Shown: positions 1 through 12,600 of the stretch, piece after piece | Layout of the letters: each line of letters starts with the position of its first letter | How positions within the stretch are numbered: position 1 is the stretch's first letter | From: a candidate division FCPU426 bacterium | GTDB lineage: Bacteria; Oederibacteriota; JAAXVQ01; JAUVAV01 | Reading direction: 5' to 3' | DNA length: 64,000 nucleotides | Assembly: GCA_040756875.1 (NCBI GenBank) | Contig: JBFLYH010000001.1 | Location: 448,001-512,000, forward strand | The notes under the pieces: model-generated | Told to the model about the DNA's origin: nothing | The model's input: the letters and a program-made list of their open reading frames with translations, nothing else | The model's database searches: none | Translations under genes and position numbers: made by a program

Positions 1-2
1 CC

Positions 3-2213
3 ACTCCCGGCCAGGCGCAGTCCCTGACCACGGTTACGACCGGCAGCTGGTTCATGCGCGCCACACTGACCGCGGTCCAAACACTCAACGGGCAAGCCAT
101 TGTTTATTATCTCTCGGCCAACGGCGGAACGAATTGGGAAGGCCCGGTGACTTTGGGTTCGGCTTGGACGTTTGCGAATACCGGGGTTGACCTGCGCTGG
201 CGCGCGGTTTTGTCCACCTCGGACAGCGCGCTTTCCCCTTTCTTGGATTCCCTGGCCATTGATTATGTAGTGCCCACGCCCACGTCCACCGCTACGCCGA
301 CATTCACAGCCACGCCAACTTATACGGCAACGCCGACCATGACCCGGACTGTCACGCCCACGCCCACGTTTACCGCCACGCCGACTTCCACCGGCACGCC
401 GACCATGACCCGGACCATCACGCCCACAGCCACCCATACTCCCACGGATACCGCCAGCCCGACCATGACCTCGACTTCCACGCCGGAGCAGAGCCCGACC
501 TTCACGGTCACCCGGACTTTTACTTCCACCTCCACCCCGACGTTTACGGCCACGCCAACCTTCACAGCGACCCCGACGTTTACCACCACGCCGACTTTCA
601 CGGCGACCCCGACGTTTACGGCCACCCCGACGTTTACCGCCACGCCGACGGCGACGGCAACGCGGACCTCGACTTCGACTGCCACGGCGACGCGGACGCA
701 CTCGCCGACGTTCACGGCCACTCCGACGTTTACGGATACCCCAACGTTTACCGCCACGCCGACGGCGACGGCAACGCGGACTTCAACTTCGACCGCCACG
801 CCCACGCGGACGCATTCGCCGACGTTCACGGCCACGCCCACCTATACGGATACTCCGACGTTTACGGCCACGCCAACGTTCACGGATACATGGACAGCCA
901 CACCGACCTTCACCGCTACGCCAACTTTCACGGCGACTTCGACTGCCACGTTTACCCGGACGCATTCGCCGACGTTCACCGCCACCCCGACTTTCACGGC
1001 GACGCCGACGTTTACCGCCACGCGGACAGCAACTTCGACGCGGACATCGACCCCGACCGCCACGGCCACGCGGACGCATTCGCCGACGTTTACGGCCACG
1101 CCGACCTTCACGGCCACCGCGACCGCTACGGCCACGCGGACGCACTCGCCGACGTTTACAGCCACGCCGACCTTCACGGCCACTGCGACCGCTACGGCGA
1201 CGCAGACGCATTCGCCGACGTTTACGGCCACGCCGACGTTCACCGCCACCCCGACTTTCACAGTGACGCGGACCTTCACGTCGACTTTCACGGATACGCC
1301 GACGTTTACGGCCACGCCGACGTTCACCCCGACCTTCACCGCGACCCCGACGTTAACGGCTACGCCGACATTTACTGCATCCGCCACTTTCACCCTGACA
1401 TTTACAGCCACGCCGACCTTCACGGCCACGCCGACTTATACTGTGACCCGTACTTCCACGGCCACTGCCACGCATACGCCAACCTTTACAGTGACGCCGA
1501 CTTTCACCGCCTCAATAACAGTCACGCCCACTGGGACACATACGCCGACCTTTACGGCCACGCCGACCTTCACCGCCTCAATCACCGTTACGCCCACGGG
1601 GACAAACACCCCGACCTTCACGATCACTCCTACCCGCACTGCCAGTGCGACCTTTACCGCAACTGCCACTGCCACCCTGACGGCAACAGCCTCAGCTTCT
1701 CCGTCGGCGACTCCCAGCCGGACTGCAAGTCTGACACCTTCCCTTACGACCACGCAGACTCCTACCGCGACTTCCACTATCACCCTGACTTCCAGTCCGA
1801 CGCGGACCGTCACAGCCACGCAAACTCCGCTGGCTTCAGCGACAATAACCCCAACCCTTACCGCCACGCCGACCAATCCGCCGGTTTTGCCTTCCGCCAC
1901 TCCGACCGCGACCTCTACGCCGACCGCGACCTCCACCCCCATGATCGAAATACGGGTTTATCCCAACCCGTTCAAGCCCGACACGGCGGTAGGCGGTACG
2001 CTGAAATTTATCGGATTACAGGCAACGGATGTATTACGGATATATACCGTAACAGCGGAAAAAGTTTATGAGACCAGAGGGCATGCCGGCCGCTTTGAAT
2101 GGAATGGTAAAAACCGGGAAGGTTCGGCGGTTGCCAGCGGTGTTTATATATGGGTTCTGGAAAGGTCAAACGGCGAAAAATATATGGGAAAAATAATCAT
2201 TATTTCCAACTGA
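3..2213 (+). CDS. 5'-truncated secreted Thr/Pro-rich surface protein with C-terminal T9SS-type sorting/FlgD-Ig-like domain
   Basis: The frame is open from base 3 ([18 protein letters not shown]...), so the gene starts left of the window. The N-terminal part ([11 protein letters not shown]...LRWRAVL) resembles the post-propeller domain of the two downstream paralogs. A ~550-aa TPTFTA stalk follows, then the C-terminus [10 protein letters not shown]...[10 protein letters not shown]...SGVYIW...KIIII. Confidence 0.85.
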   Translation, partial: TPGQAQSLTTVTTGSWFMRATLTAVQTLNGQAIVYYLSANGGTNWEGPVTLGSAWTFANTGVDLRWRAVLSTSDSALSPFLDSLAIDYVVPTPTSTATPTFTATPTYTATPTMTRTVTPTPTFTATPTSTGTPTMTRTITPTATHTPTDTASPTMTSTSTPEQSPTFTVTRTFTSTSTPTFTATPTFTATPTFTTTPTFTATPTFTATPTFTATPTATATRTSTSTATATRTHSPTFTATPTFTDTPTFTATPTATATRTSTSTATPTRTHSPTFTATPTYTDTPTFTATPTFTDTWTATPTFTATPTFTATSTATFTRTHSPTFTATPTFTATPTFTATRTATSTRTSTPTATATRTHSPTFTATPTFTATATATATRTHSPTFTATPTFTATATATATQTHSPTFTATPTFTATPTFTVTRTFTSTFTDTPTFTATPTFTPTFTATPTLTATPTFTASATFTLTFTATPTFTATPTYTVTRTSTATATHTPTFTVTPTFTASITVTPTGTHTPTFTATPTFTASITVTPTGTNTPTFTITPTRTASATFTATATATLTATASASPSATPSRTASLTPSLTTTQTPTATSTITLTSSPTRTVTATQTPLASATITPTLTATPTNPPVLPSATPTATSTPTATSTPMIEIRVYPNPFKPDTAVGGTLKFIGLQATDVLRIYTVTAEKVYETRGHAGRFEWNGKNREGSAVASGVYIWVLERSNGEKYMGKIIIISN
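270..1940 (+). repeat. Coding low-complexity tandem repeat, ~18-bp period (TPTFTA / [10 protein letters not shown])
   Basis: Many degenerate copies of acgccgacgtttacggcc in frame, with higher-order units such as [18 protein letters not shown]. Confidence 0.85.
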
Positions 2214-2328
2214 TTAAATCTTATTGCAATTTTTTTGGAACCTATTTGTCAATCATTCGCTCCAAAGTATCATGAATATCTTGTAAAGCTCGAGATCAAT
2301 AATGACGATGCTTTTTTCAGATTATGGA

Positions 2329-2357
2329 TTGACTGTTAATTTTTTTTGGCATAAAAT
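2329..2357 (+). promoter_or_regulatory. Putative sigma70 promoter
   Basis: TTGACT (2329-2334), 17-nt spacer, TAAAAT (2352-2357), in an AT-rich intergenic region upstream of the PorV-like gene. Confidence 0.55.
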
Positions 2358-2450
2358 TTTACATGAATAGGTGCTCTAAAACTTAACAAATATATTTTAC
2401 ATATTTTTACAAATGCTATTTTAAAAAAAATTTTAAGAGGGACAGGAACC

Positions 2451-4058
2451 ATGAAAAAAACAATTGTCCTGCTCGGGATTTTTTGTCTTTTTTCATTATC
2501 CGCTGAAGCCGCTGGCCCGGGAACGACCAATGCCAACTTTTTAAAGGCAGGCCAAGGTGCACGGCCGATCAGCATGGGTGAAACCTACATCGCTTTAGGC
2601 GACGGCTTGGACACCTTATATTGGAACCCTGCCGGCTTGGCGCAACTTGCTTCGCCCACCGCCTCCTTCATGCACAGTTTTTGGATTCAAGACATCGGAA
2701 CTGAGTACCTGGCCTATGGGTTGCCGCTCGGTCCGTTGGGTGCGGTGGGTGGTGGTTTGAGTTTCTTGCATGCCGGCTCGGTTACGGAGACTTTTGAAGA
2801 CCAGTATGGGAACTATGCAGGTGAAGGCGGACAAGTGTCGGCCATGAGTTTTGCGTTGATTGGCACATATGCCCAGAAGCTTTCCCGGCTCATGCCTGTG
2901 CAAGACCCGTTTTTCAGCAACATGCTGGTGGGAGCCAGCTTGCGGATCGTTACCGAAAGCATCGAGGAAGCCAGCATCTTCGGCGGAGCGCTTGACATCG
3001 GAGTGATCTGGCGACAGACCGAGGAGATCAAGCCCATGGAGATCACCTCGGCGGCCGGATTGACGCCGCGGGAAACAGGGAAGCCCCTGGTGCGCGACCG
3101 TGGCTGGCGGCTGGGTTTGGTCGGCCAGAACCTGGGCATGACCAGCGACCAGTTGATGCCGATCAATCTGAGGGCTGGCGCCGGCTATGTGTTGCCGGAC
3201 CTGTTTTCCCCCAATGGCCGCGGCACCATGGCCGTGGATGTCCTGGTGCCGATCGACAATGATGTGAAAATATCCGTGGGCGCGGAATACGCCCACTTGA
3301 GCCCCAACACGGAATTTGCCGCGCGGGTCGGTTACAAGATTGGTAATGAAATCAAGGATTTGGATTCCCTGGCGGGCCTTACCGCGGGCGTGGGCGTGGC
3401 GATCCAGGCCGGGTTCATCAAATATCAGGTGGACTACGCTTTCGTTCCATACGGCGAGTTGGGCTCGACCCACCGTGCCTCCCTGACCCTTGGATTTTTA
3501 CCCTCGGCCAATGTGGTGAAAACCCAACCGGTCAGCGTGGTTCCTTCCGGCGTGGATGAAATCGCGCCACCCTTGGCCGCTTCCGCAAAACCGGCGGAAC
3601 CGAAGCCGGTTGTCAAAGCCCAGACCCAACCCAAACCCCAACCCGCTGCGGAAACGGTACCGGTCGTCAAACCCGAAGTGGCGCAACCCGTGGAACCCAC
3701 GGCGCCAGCGCCGGCAGCCGAACCCGGCAAGTTGGCGCAAGCTTTACGAATGTTCCAGAAACGCATGGAAGCCAAACTGATCATCCCCGTGCAATTCGAT
3801 ACCAATAAATCCATTATTCCCGATGGCAGCAAAAAAAGCCTGGATATGCTGGGTAAAATATTGGAGCAAAATCCCCAGGGGCAGGTGGTCATCACTGGTT
3901 ACGCGGGAACGGACGCCAAACTTGCCGAAGCCAGGGCGCAAGCCGTGGCACGTTATCTGAAAATGACTTATTCCGTGGCTTCCGACCGCTTGGAAGTGCG
4001 CAAAGGCGATGCAGCCGCAAAGCCGAAGAATGTTGATATCAGCGTGGAAGCGAAGTAA
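2451..4058 (+). CDS. PorV/PorQ-like (UPF0164) outer-membrane beta-barrel fused via a Pro/Ala/Lys linker to an OmpA-like domain
   Basis: Signal peptide; GARPISMGETYIA...YWNPAGLA motif; barrel end VDYAFVPYGELGSTHRASL; PAEPKP linker; VQFDTNKS...ITGYAG...ARAQAVARYL. SD-like AGAGGGA/AGGA upstream. Confidence 0.8.
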   Translation: MKKTIVLLGIFCLFSLSAEAAGPGTTNANFLKAGQGARPISMGETYIALGDGLDTLYWNPAGLAQLASPTASFMHSFWIQDIGTEYLAYGLPLGPLGAVGGGLSFLHAGSVTETFEDQYGNYAGEGGQVSAMSFALIGTYAQKLSRLMPVQDPFFSNMLVGASLRIVTESIEEASIFGGALDIGVIWRQTEEIKPMEITSAAGLTPRETGKPLVRDRGWRLGLVGQNLGMTSDQLMPINLRAGAGYVLPDLFSPNGRGTMAVDVLVPIDNDVKISVGAEYAHLSPNTEFAARVGYKIGNEIKDLDSLAGLTAGVGVAIQAGFIKYQVDYAFVPYGELGSTHRASLTLGFLPSANVVKTQPVSVVPSGVDEIAPPLAASAKPAEPKPVVKAQTQPKPQPAAETVPVVKPEVAQPVEPTAPAPAAEPGKLAQALRMFQKRMEAKLIIPVQFDTNKSIIPDGSKKSLDMLGKILEQNPQGQVVITGYAGTDAKLAEARAQAVARYLKMTYSVASDRLEVRKGDAAAKPKNVDISVEAK

Positions 4059-4128
4059 AGCTGCTGGGCAAGGAACGGAATACCTGAACCCATTGTAATA
4101 GGCGAGTCGTGCGGTAGGGAGAGATCTC

Positions 4129-7100
4129 ATGCTGATATCCAAACGCACGTTTATCAGGATTTGCTGTTGCGCGGCCGCCGCATTGGCAATCGTCCAACCT
4201 GTCCTTGGCGATACATTCACCGAGAATTTCACCTCCACCACCTATCAGGATGTCCTGCAGACCTCCGCCGTATGGGATACATCGGCCGAGGAAGTCCGGC
4301 TACCTTCCACCTATACGTTTGCCCAGCCTTCCGGCGTGGTGGTTTGGGGCGGACAAGTCAATGCCATCCAACAGAACGGCAGTTATTGGCTGATCGGCGG
4401 CAACGGCGCCAAACTGAACCGGTTCAATGGATCTTCTTTCTCCAGCCTCAGCGATGGAATCCAAGGCTTTTCGGGAAACAACATCTATGCGGTGAATTAT
4501 GGCAGCGGCTATTGGCTGGTTGGCGGCGGAAGCCAGAAACTGAACAAGTACGACGGATCGGTGTTCACAGATTATTCCTCCAGCCTGGTCAATTGGTCCG
4601 GCGCGGATGTGCGGGCCGTGGCTTACGGCGCGGGGACGGAAAATTTCTGGTTGGTCGTAGGCAGCAACGGCAAGCTGAACCGCTACAACGGCACCTCCTT
4701 TGCCGACCTGTCGGGCAGCACAGGCTTCTGGGGCAGCACGACCACGGGTTATGCGGCGGGATTCAACGGCACCTACTGGCTCCTGGGCGGCAGCAACGGC
4801 TACCTGGTGAGGTACCAGAGCGGGACGTTCACGCCCCTCTCGGCCTGGGGCAGCGGCATTGTGTATTCAATCGCGTGGGACAGCGGGAGCTCGCAGTGGC
4901 TAATCGGCGGCTCGGGCGGCCGGCTGCTTTCCTACAACGGGACCAGCTTCACGAACCAATCATCCAAAGTCAGCACGTTCAACAACATCTACAGTATTGC
5001 GCACAACGGCAGCTACTGGCTGCTGGCGGGGAACGACACGACGGGCGCGAGCGAAGTTTATTCGATGTCCAGTGATTTCGCCACCTACTACGACCGATCG
5101 GCGAACCTGGTGAACATGGGCGCGGGTGTGCCGCTGTATGCGGTGGCCGGAGACAGCACGGAATGGCTGCTGGGTGGGGCTGAAGCCAAGCTGAACAACC
5201 ACACGGGAACGATCAGCTCCACGACGTTCGAGGACCGTGCCAGCCAGTTGGTGGAGTTTGGCATCGATGCCATCTACGCTGCGGGCTACAATAGCACGGA
5301 TGGTTATTGGCTTATGGCCGGTGCCAATAAAAATTTGAACCGTTACAGCGGTGGAGTTTTCACAGACGAAAGCAGCGTGCTCTCGGGCTGGGCGTCAAAT
5401 CAGGCGGTGACAGCGGTTGGGTATAATGCCACGGATAATTATTGGCTGATCGGCGGCGCTGACGGCAGGTTGAACCGCTACAACGGAACTTCCTGTACGG
5501 ATCTGACCAGCAGCCTGGGCTTTGGCACCGGCGTGGCGGTGAACGCCATCCGCTGGAACGGCAGCCTATGGCTGATCGGCGGTGACAACGCCCGGCTCAG
5601 CAGCTACAACGGATCGAGCTTTAATTCTTTGACCCTGAATAATTTCAATCCCTTGGGTTCGAATGAATCCGTGCGCGCCATTGAATACACCAACGGCTAT
5701 TGGCTGATCGGCGGCGCCAATGGCTGCATCAACCGTTACAACGGCACGAGCTTTACCGATTTGCGGGCGAATTTGCAGGCGACCTGGGGTGGATATTACA
5801 ACGTCAATTCCATTTCCCAGGACGGGACCTTGTTCTGGCTGGGGGGAGACAGCGGGCATGTGGCCAGCTATTATGCGGTCATCAATTTGTTTACGAATTA
5901 TTCCAGCACGGATCTGGGGACGATTTTCGGCAGCAACAACGTTCTGTCTGTTTACTGGAGCACGGGCTTCAATTGCCTGATGGTGGGAGGCCAGAATGCC
6001 AAACTGGCGTTCCTGTACTTACCCAGCACTGTGGACGATCATTCGGCGGATTTGATCAACTACGGAACCAACAGTATCAACAGCATCAAGTTCGGCGTGG
6101 ATACGTACTTTCTCGTTGGTACAGCCGCGGCAGTGAACACCTATGGCCCGATTTACGAACAGCCCAAGTGGGCCCAGTCGTTGACCGTGGCCGAGTCCAC
6201 GGAAAATTTCTATTCAGTCACGCTGACAGCCACTGACAGCATTCCGGCAGGCACGTCCATCCGCTACTGGCTGACAGTCAACGGCCAGCTGTCGGATCCC
6301 CATGAATACTGGATCCAAGCCACACCCGGCGTGGCCACCATTTTCACGGGGTTGTACGAGGGCATCCGGCTGAAATGGAAAGCGGAGCTGGTAACGAACA
6401 ACCTGACCATATCACCGCGCATTTACCAGATCAATTTGCAATACCAGATCCCGCCCACGCCCACGCCCACCGATACTTCCACGCCCACGCCCACGGTCAC
6501 ACCGACGCCATCGGTCACACCCAGCGCGACCGCCACGCAAACGCCGAGCTTCACGGTCACGCCGACTGCCACGCCCACGTTTACCAGGACGCCGACCGAC
6601 ACTTCGACGCCGACATTTACGATCTCCCCGACTTCCACGGCCACTCCGACGATAACGCCTACGCCGACTGATGTGATCTTCAGCCCTACGATAACGCCCA
6701 CGCCGACCCAAACCCTGACCTCGACATTTACGCCGACTTTCACCCAAACCTATACGATTTCGCCCACGTTTTCCGAAACGCCCACCATGACTTCCACGTT
6801 TTCAGTGACCGCGACGCTGACCATCTCTCCGACCATGACCGAAACGCCGGTGGTGAGTCCGACCTCCACTCCGACGCCGTCAGTGACCCAAACGTGGACC
6901 GCCAGCCCCACGGCCACGCCCAACCCGGAATTTACTTTCTACTACGGTTCGCTTATCATCCCCATGGACACAGCCTCCGGCCGCACCAACCAGGACCGCG
7001 GCATGTGGCGGGCATACGGCTTGGTGTACCGCCTGCTGCAAAACGGCATCCCGGTGCACTGGGCGATCAAGTCCTATAAAGATTATGAAGAAATCGACTT

Positions 7101-9558
7101 TACCTGCACCCAGACCCAGGATATCAGAACCCTGGCGAGTTACACCAATCCCAGTTACAACGGCGGGCCGTTCGTGATCGATGCCAGCAACTCGCCGCAG
7201 GCGGTGGCCATCATCACGTCTTGGAACTCGGGCCAGACCAACATCGTGAATGTGCACCAGTACACGGACAACACCCAGTCGTTCAACGCGCCCATTTTCC
7301 GCAAACTCAAGGCCGCGCCCAAGCTTGCCATTTATCACAACTCGGATCCGCGCGATACCTGGACCTCGGCGCGCAGTTATCTTTATGCGGCCGGAATCCG
7401 GGATTCGAACGGCAACAACTGGCCGTCCACCTCTCCGGACGTGCTGGACGAGAACGAAATCGCCGGACCGACGAGTTCCAGCCATACGGACGGCGCCCTG
7501 TTCCTGTCCGGCAGCGGGCTGCCGGCGTACGCCATGCTGATCAACATGCACTGGCAGGCTTATCCCATCGGCGTGCCGAATTCCGGAGATTTGGACGACA
7601 TCACCTACGGTGCGGACTATAGTATCAGCGGATATGAAGGCCAAGGCCCGTCCACGGGTCCCGGGCATACGGGCGCTGGCACTTACGGTGGAGGGTGGGA
7701 TTCCGGCGGGGAAGTGTATCAAAACGTGACCGCGCGCGCGAACGTGATCGAAGCCTCGGCGGAGATGGATTACTACTTGCGCAGCGGAACCGCGCATATT
7801 TATGCCCAGTGCATCGGCGTGGCGGCGCTGGAAAACAACATCGTCGCCACCACGCCCTATTGGAATGATTTCGTTTACGGCGGATATGGCCATTGGCTGA
7901 CGACCAACGGCGTGATCGACACCAGCACTCTGCCCGGCAGCACGGCCGCGGATTACCTGAACAACCTGCCGGACGCGCCGGCCGGCCAGGCGACCGGGAA
8001 CTGGACCTATTTGCCAAGTTCGTCGCAAGCGGCTTTCGGTCTGGCGCCGGGGAGCGCATTCTACGGCGGCGAATCCTCGCTGATCGTTATCGACAGCGTG
8101 AGTCCGGGCAACTATCCCTATCTGTTCATGAACGGCCACTACAAGGGCATCACCAGCGCGGGGAAAGCGTCGTACCTGATCGGGCACGAGTCGAGCTACT
8201 CGCTGCCCTATTCGACGAACTCGCGGGCGCCGATGATGAGGTATTTCTACAATACAATCTATGAATCGCCGGCCGCATCGGAAGCGGTTCCGGAGATGTA
8301 CTTGGAGAAGAGCGGCCCGTCCGAGGCTGAAATCGGGTCGAACATCACGTACACGATTACGTATCACAACGTATCGGGTGTGGCGTACAATGTGTCCTTG
8401 TCAGATCCCTATCCCGCCAATTCGACTTATGTGTCGAACACCGGTGGCGGCGTGCCGGGCGCCGGCCGGGTGACGTGGACATTGGGGACCTTGGCAGCCG
8501 GGGCGTCGGGAAGCGTGACCGTGACCTACAGTCTGCAAAATCCCGCTCCGGCGAGCGGGTGGGCGGACCAGGCGAATGTGATCTACTATTCGGGGCCGAC
8601 GCAGTTCACGCGTTATTCGAACGTGGTTTCGACCCTGGCCGTGATCTTTACCCCCACGCCGACAGTGACCTCGACCCAAACCATCACGCCCACGTCCACC
8701 ATCAGTCCCACGGCCACGAACTCGGCTTCGGCCACGCCCAGCCTTACACCGACGGATTCAGCCACAGACACGCCTACCATCACCGAAACCTGCACCGCAA
8801 CGCCGACCGAGACGCCCACGGCGACCATTTCGCCAACCGCGACCATTTCGCCGACCATCACGGCCACGCCGACCATCACGCCCACGGCGACGATTTCTCC
8901 CACTTCCACGCATACGCCGGTGCTGACCGCCACGCCTACGGATACGGTGACAGTCACCGGCACCATCACGCCGACTTATACGATTTCGCCTACAATGACC
9001 CATACGCCGACTGTCACCAGGACAGCCACTGTGACAGCCACCGGCACCGCCACCTTGACCATGACTTCTACGGCCACAATGACCTTGACCTCTACGGCAT
9101 CGCGGACTGCCACGGCTACGCTGACCGCGACCATTTCGCCGACCATGACCGAAACGCCGACCGTTGTGTTGACGCAGACGTTCACGGTTTCTCCGACGAT
9201 TCCGGTGCCCACAGTCACGCCGACCCAGCCGCCTTCCGCGGCCACCGCCACACCGACCCCGACCGCCACCTCCACTCTGGTGCCGCCGGGAGCGGAGATC
9301 AGGGTGTACCCGAATCCTTTCAATCCCGGCAAGGCCTTTGGCGGCACGTTGAAAATGGAGAATGTGCCGCGGGGCACGGTTGTCAGGATTTTCACGGTTA
9401 GCGGCGAATTGGTGCGGACATTCAACGGCACAGGCCAGAGGATATACTGGGATGGTAGGAATGAATCCGGCGAAGAAACCGTAGCCGGCGTTTATCTCTA
9501 TCTGGCGACCTATTCGGATGGAACCAAGGTCGCGGGTAAAATATTCCTGGTGCGATAG
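4129..9558 (+). CDS. Large secreted adhesin-like protein: 14-repeat beta-propeller region, Thr/Pro stalk, unknown globular domain, DUF11-like Ig domain, second stalk, T9SS-type CTD
   Basis: Signal peptide; repeats [35 protein letters not shown] (DUF11-like); C-terminal [10 protein letters not shown]...YWDGRNESG...AGVYLY...KIFLVR. Confidence 0.85.
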   Translation: MLISKRTFIRICCCAAAALAIVQPVLGDTFTENFTSTTYQDVLQTSAVWDTSAEEVRLPSTYTFAQPSGVVVWGGQVNAIQQNGSYWLIGGNGAKLNRFNGSSFSSLSDGIQGFSGNNIYAVNYGSGYWLVGGGSQKLNKYDGSVFTDYSSSLVNWSGADVRAVAYGAGTENFWLVVGSNGKLNRYNGTSFADLSGSTGFWGSTTTGYAAGFNGTYWLLGGSNGYLVRYQSGTFTPLSAWGSGIVYSIAWDSGSSQWLIGGSGGRLLSYNGTSFTNQSSKVSTFNNIYSIAHNGSYWLLAGNDTTGASEVYSMSSDFATYYDRSANLVNMGAGVPLYAVAGDSTEWLLGGAEAKLNNHTGTISSTTFEDRASQLVEFGIDAIYAAGYNSTDGYWLMAGANKNLNRYSGGVFTDESSVLSGWASNQAVTAVGYNATDNYWLIGGADGRLNRYNGTSCTDLTSSLGFGTGVAVNAIRWNGSLWLIGGDNARLSSYNGSSFNSLTLNNFNPLGSNESVRAIEYTNGYWLIGGANGCINRYNGTSFTDLRANLQATWGGYYNVNSISQDGTLFWLGGDSGHVASYYAVINLFTNYSSTDLGTIFGSNNVLSVYWSTGFNCLMVGGQNAKLAFLYLPSTVDDHSADLINYGTNSINSIKFGVDTYFLVGTAAAVNTYGPIYEQPKWAQSLTVAESTENFYSVTLTATDSIPAGTSIRYWLTVNGQLSDPHEYWIQATPGVATIFTGLYEGIRLKWKAELVTNNLTISPRIYQINLQYQIPPTPTPTDTSTPTPTVTPTPSVTPSATATQTPSFTVTPTATPTFTRTPTDTSTPTFTISPTSTATPTITPTPTDVIFSPTITPTPTQTLTSTFTPTFTQTYTISPTFSETPTMTSTFSVTATLTISPTMTETPVVSPTSTPTPSVTQTWTASPTATPNPEFTFYYGSLIIPMDTASGRTNQDRGMWRAYGLVYRLLQNGIPVHWAIKSYKDYEEIDFTCTQTQDIRTLASYTNPSYNGGPFVIDASNSPQAVAIITSWNSGQTNIVNVHQYTDNTQSFNAPIFRKLKAAPKLAIYHNSDPRDTWTSARSYLYAAGIRDSNGNNWPSTSPDVLDENEIAGPTSSSHTDGALFLSGSGLPAYAMLINMHWQAYPIGVPNSGDLDDITYGADYSISGYEGQGPSTGPGHTGAGTYGGGWDSGGEVYQNVTARANVIEASAEMDYYLRSGTAHIYAQCIGVAALENNIVATTPYWNDFVYGGYGHWLTTNGVIDTSTLPGSTAADYLNNLPDAPAGQATGNWTYLPSSSQAAFGLAPGSAFYGGESSLIVIDSVSPGNYPYLFMNGHYKGITSAGKASYLIGHESSYSLPYSTNSRAPMMRYFYNTIYESPAASEAVPEMYLEKSGPSEAEIGSNITYTITYHNVSGVAYNVSLSDPYPANSTYVSNTGGGVPGAGRVTWTLGTLAAGASGSVTVTYSLQNPAPASGWADQANVIYYSGPTQFTRYSNVVSTLAVIFTPTPTVTSTQTITPTSTISPTATNSASATPSLTPTDSATDTPTITETCTATPTETPTATISPTATISPTITATPTITPTATISPTSTHTPVLTATPTDTVTVTGTITPTYTISPTMTHTPTVTRTATVTATGTATLTMTSTATMTLTSTASRTATATLTATISPTMTETPTVVLTQTFTVSPTIPVPTVTPTQPPSAATATPTPTATSTLVPPGAEIRVYPNPFNPGKAFGGTLKMENVPRGTVVRIFTVSGELVRTFNGTGQRIYWDGRNESGEETVAGVYLYLATYSDGTKVAGKIFLVR

Positions 9559-9668
9559 CAGAATGCCCTCGAGTTTCGGATAGTATAGACGAAACTTAAA
9601 ATATGGGGTATTCTGTATAAATGTGAATCTGTTTGGAAACACGCCCCTGCGGGGCAAAGGCTGGCCGT

Positions 9669-12600
9669 ATGAAACGATTTAACCGTATCATAGGGGTCGT
9701 CGGGTGGCTGGTCGCGGGTATCAGCCTGGCGTCAAGCCTGCAGGCCGATACTTTTACTGAAAATTTTACCTCCACCACGTTTAAAGACGAATCCCAGACC
9801 AGCGCATTGTGGGATACCACGGGCAGCGGCGAGTTGCGGTTGTATTCCACGGATACTTTCAGCCGTCCCTCGGGCGTCATCAACTGGGGCGGCCAGATCA
9901 ACACCATCAGGGAAAACAGCGGTTATTGGCTCCTGGGCGGAAACGGCGGCCGCCTGAATAGTTATAACGGCACTTCTTTTACCAACCTCAGCGATTCCCT
10001 GGAAGGATTTTCCGGAAACAACATTCTGACCATCGGCTATGGCAACGGCTATTGGCTGATCGGCGGCAGCGGCCAGAAACTCAACCAGTTTAATGGAACG
10101 GTTTTTACGGATTATTCCTCCAGCCTGGTCAATTGGTCCGGCGCGGATGTGCGGGCCGCGGCTTATGGCGCGGGAACGGACAATTTCTGGCTGGTCCTGG
10201 GCAGCAACGGCAAGCTGAACCGCTACAACGGCACCTCCTTCGCCGACCTGTCGGGCAGCGCCGGCTTCTGGGGCAGCACCACCACGGGCTATGCCGTGGC
10301 GTTCAACGGCACCTACTGGCTCCTGGGCGGCAGCAACGGTTACCTGGTGAGGTACCAGAGCGGGACGTTCACGCCCCTCTCGGCCTGGGGCAGCGGCATT
10401 GTGTATTCGATCGCGTGGGACAGCAGCAGCAGCCAGTGGCTGATCGGCGGTTCGGGCGGCCGGCTGCTGTCCTACAACGGGACCAGCTTCACCAATCAAT
10501 CCGGCAAGGTCAGCACGTTCAATAATATCTATAAAATTGCCCATAATGGGAGCTACTGGCTGCTGGTGGGGAATGACACGACAGGCGCGAGCGAAGTGTA
10601 TTCGATGTCGAATGATTTCGCCACCTACTACGACCGGTCGGCGAACCTGGTCAACATGGGCGCGAGTTTGCCGTTGTATGCAGTGGCCGGAAACAGCACG
10701 GAATGGCTGCTGGGCGGCGCCGAAGCCAAGCTGAACAACCATACCGGCAGCCTGAGCTCTACAACCTTTGAGGACCGCAGCGGAAACTTAGTGGGCTTTG
10801 GCATTGATGATATCTACGGCGCGGATTACAACTCCACGGACCGGTACTGGATCTTTGTCGGCGCCAACAAGGACATCAACCGTTACAACGGCGTGTCGTT
10901 CGAGGATATGAGCAATACCCTGGTCGGTTTTTCCACTTCGGATGCGGTCCGTTGCGTGGCCTACAATTCCACGGGCAATTACTGGCTGATCGGCGGCGCT
11001 AACGGCCGGCTGAACCGTTTCAACGGCACTTCCTGCACGGATTTGACCAGCAGCCTGGGTTTCGGGGCCGGCGTGGCGGTGAACGCCATCCGCTGGAACG
11101 GCAGCCTGTGGCTGATCGGCGGGGACAGCGCCCGGCTCAGCAGCTACAACGGAACGAGTTTCACCTCGCTGACCCTGAATAATTTCAGTCCCTCGGGCTC
11201 CGGAGAAGCCGTGCGGGCTATCGACAGCATGAGCGGCTACTGGCTGATTGGCGGCGCCAACGGCTGCATCAACCGCTACAATGGAACGAGTTTTTCCGAC
11301 CTGAGGGCCAATTTGCAGGCGACCTGGGGCGGGTATTACAACGTCAACTCCATCAGCAACGACGGAACTTATTTTTGGGTGGGTGGAAACAGCTCCCAGG
11401 TGGCGAATTACCTGGCTTTGGTGAACATTTTCCAGAGTTATTCGTCGCTGGCGGGCCAGGTTTTCGGCACCAAGCACATCCTGTCGGTCTATTGGAGTTC
11501 GACCCGGAACGCGCTTTTTTTGGGCGGCCAGGGAGCTACCTTTGCCCAGCTGACCTTGCCAGATACGATACAAGATTATTCCGGCGAACTGATCAGTTTC
11601 GGAGCTTCGGACATCAACAGTGTAGCCTTAGGGGCGGATGCATTCATGCTCAGCGGTGTGAACGCGCGCTTGAACCGCTACGGGCCTGAATATGAACAGC
11701 CCAAGTGGGGGCAATCCACGATTGTGGCCACCTCGCCGGAATTTTTCTATTCCGTCACCTTGACTGCTACGGACGACACGCCGCCGGGCACCAGCATCAA
11801 TTATTGGATGACAGCCAACGGCCAGCTGCCTGACCCGCATGCGTACTGGATCCAGGTCACGCCCGGTGTGGCGACGATTTTCTCCGGACTATACGAGGGC
11901 ACGCGATTGAAGTGGAAAGCCGAATTGACCACCACGAATATCAGCGATACGCCCCGGGTGTTCCAGTTGAATATCGAATATTACCTGCCGCCGACGCCCA
12001 CGCCGACCCATACGGTCACACCCACGGCCACCCAGACGCCGACGGATACGGCCACCTATACGGCCACGCCTACCACCACGCCGACCTTCACACCCACGCC
12101 GACTGACACTTTTACCAGCACGGACACCCCGACGATCACACCGACCCCGACCGTGACGCCTACGGACACGGATACGCCGACCTGGACGCCCACGCGCACC
12201 TATACGCCCACGGTTACTCCGACCGATACACCGACATTTACGGCTACACCGACAGATACGTATACGTCCACGGCTACGCCCACCGATACGCCGACCGATA
12301 CGGCCACATGGACCTACACGCCGACCGACACGCCGACCTTCACCGCCACTCCGACTGCCACGCCTACTGCGACCGCGACGTTTACCGCCACCCCGACCTC
12401 CACCATCAGCCCCACTTCGACCATGACCCCGACGGACACGGACACGCCCACCATCACGCCCACGCCCACGGAGATCATTTTCTCTGCGACCATCACGCCA
12501 ACGTCCACCATTTCGCCGACGATGACCGATACGCCCACCATGACCAGCACTTTCACCGCAACGCCCACGGACACGGACACCTATACCGCCACGCCGACGT

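Noticed and set aside
270-1940. Possible CRISPR array or non-coding repeat
   Set aside because: The repeats are degenerate at third codon positions and in frame, with no unique spacers and no cas genes.
320-1942. Minus-strand Val/Gly/Ala-rich ORFs (MGVAVNVG...), also at 6423-6743, 8613-9431 and 12314-15808
   Set aside because: Antisense shadows of Thr/Pro codon repeats, which lack stops on the reverse strand; no independent start signals.
890-2071. His/Asp/Ala-rich alternative-frame ORFs (HADLHGHAD), also 8475-9401 and 12308-13153
   Set aside because: Frame-shifted read-through of the same repeats; they look like metal-binding proteins only by artefact.
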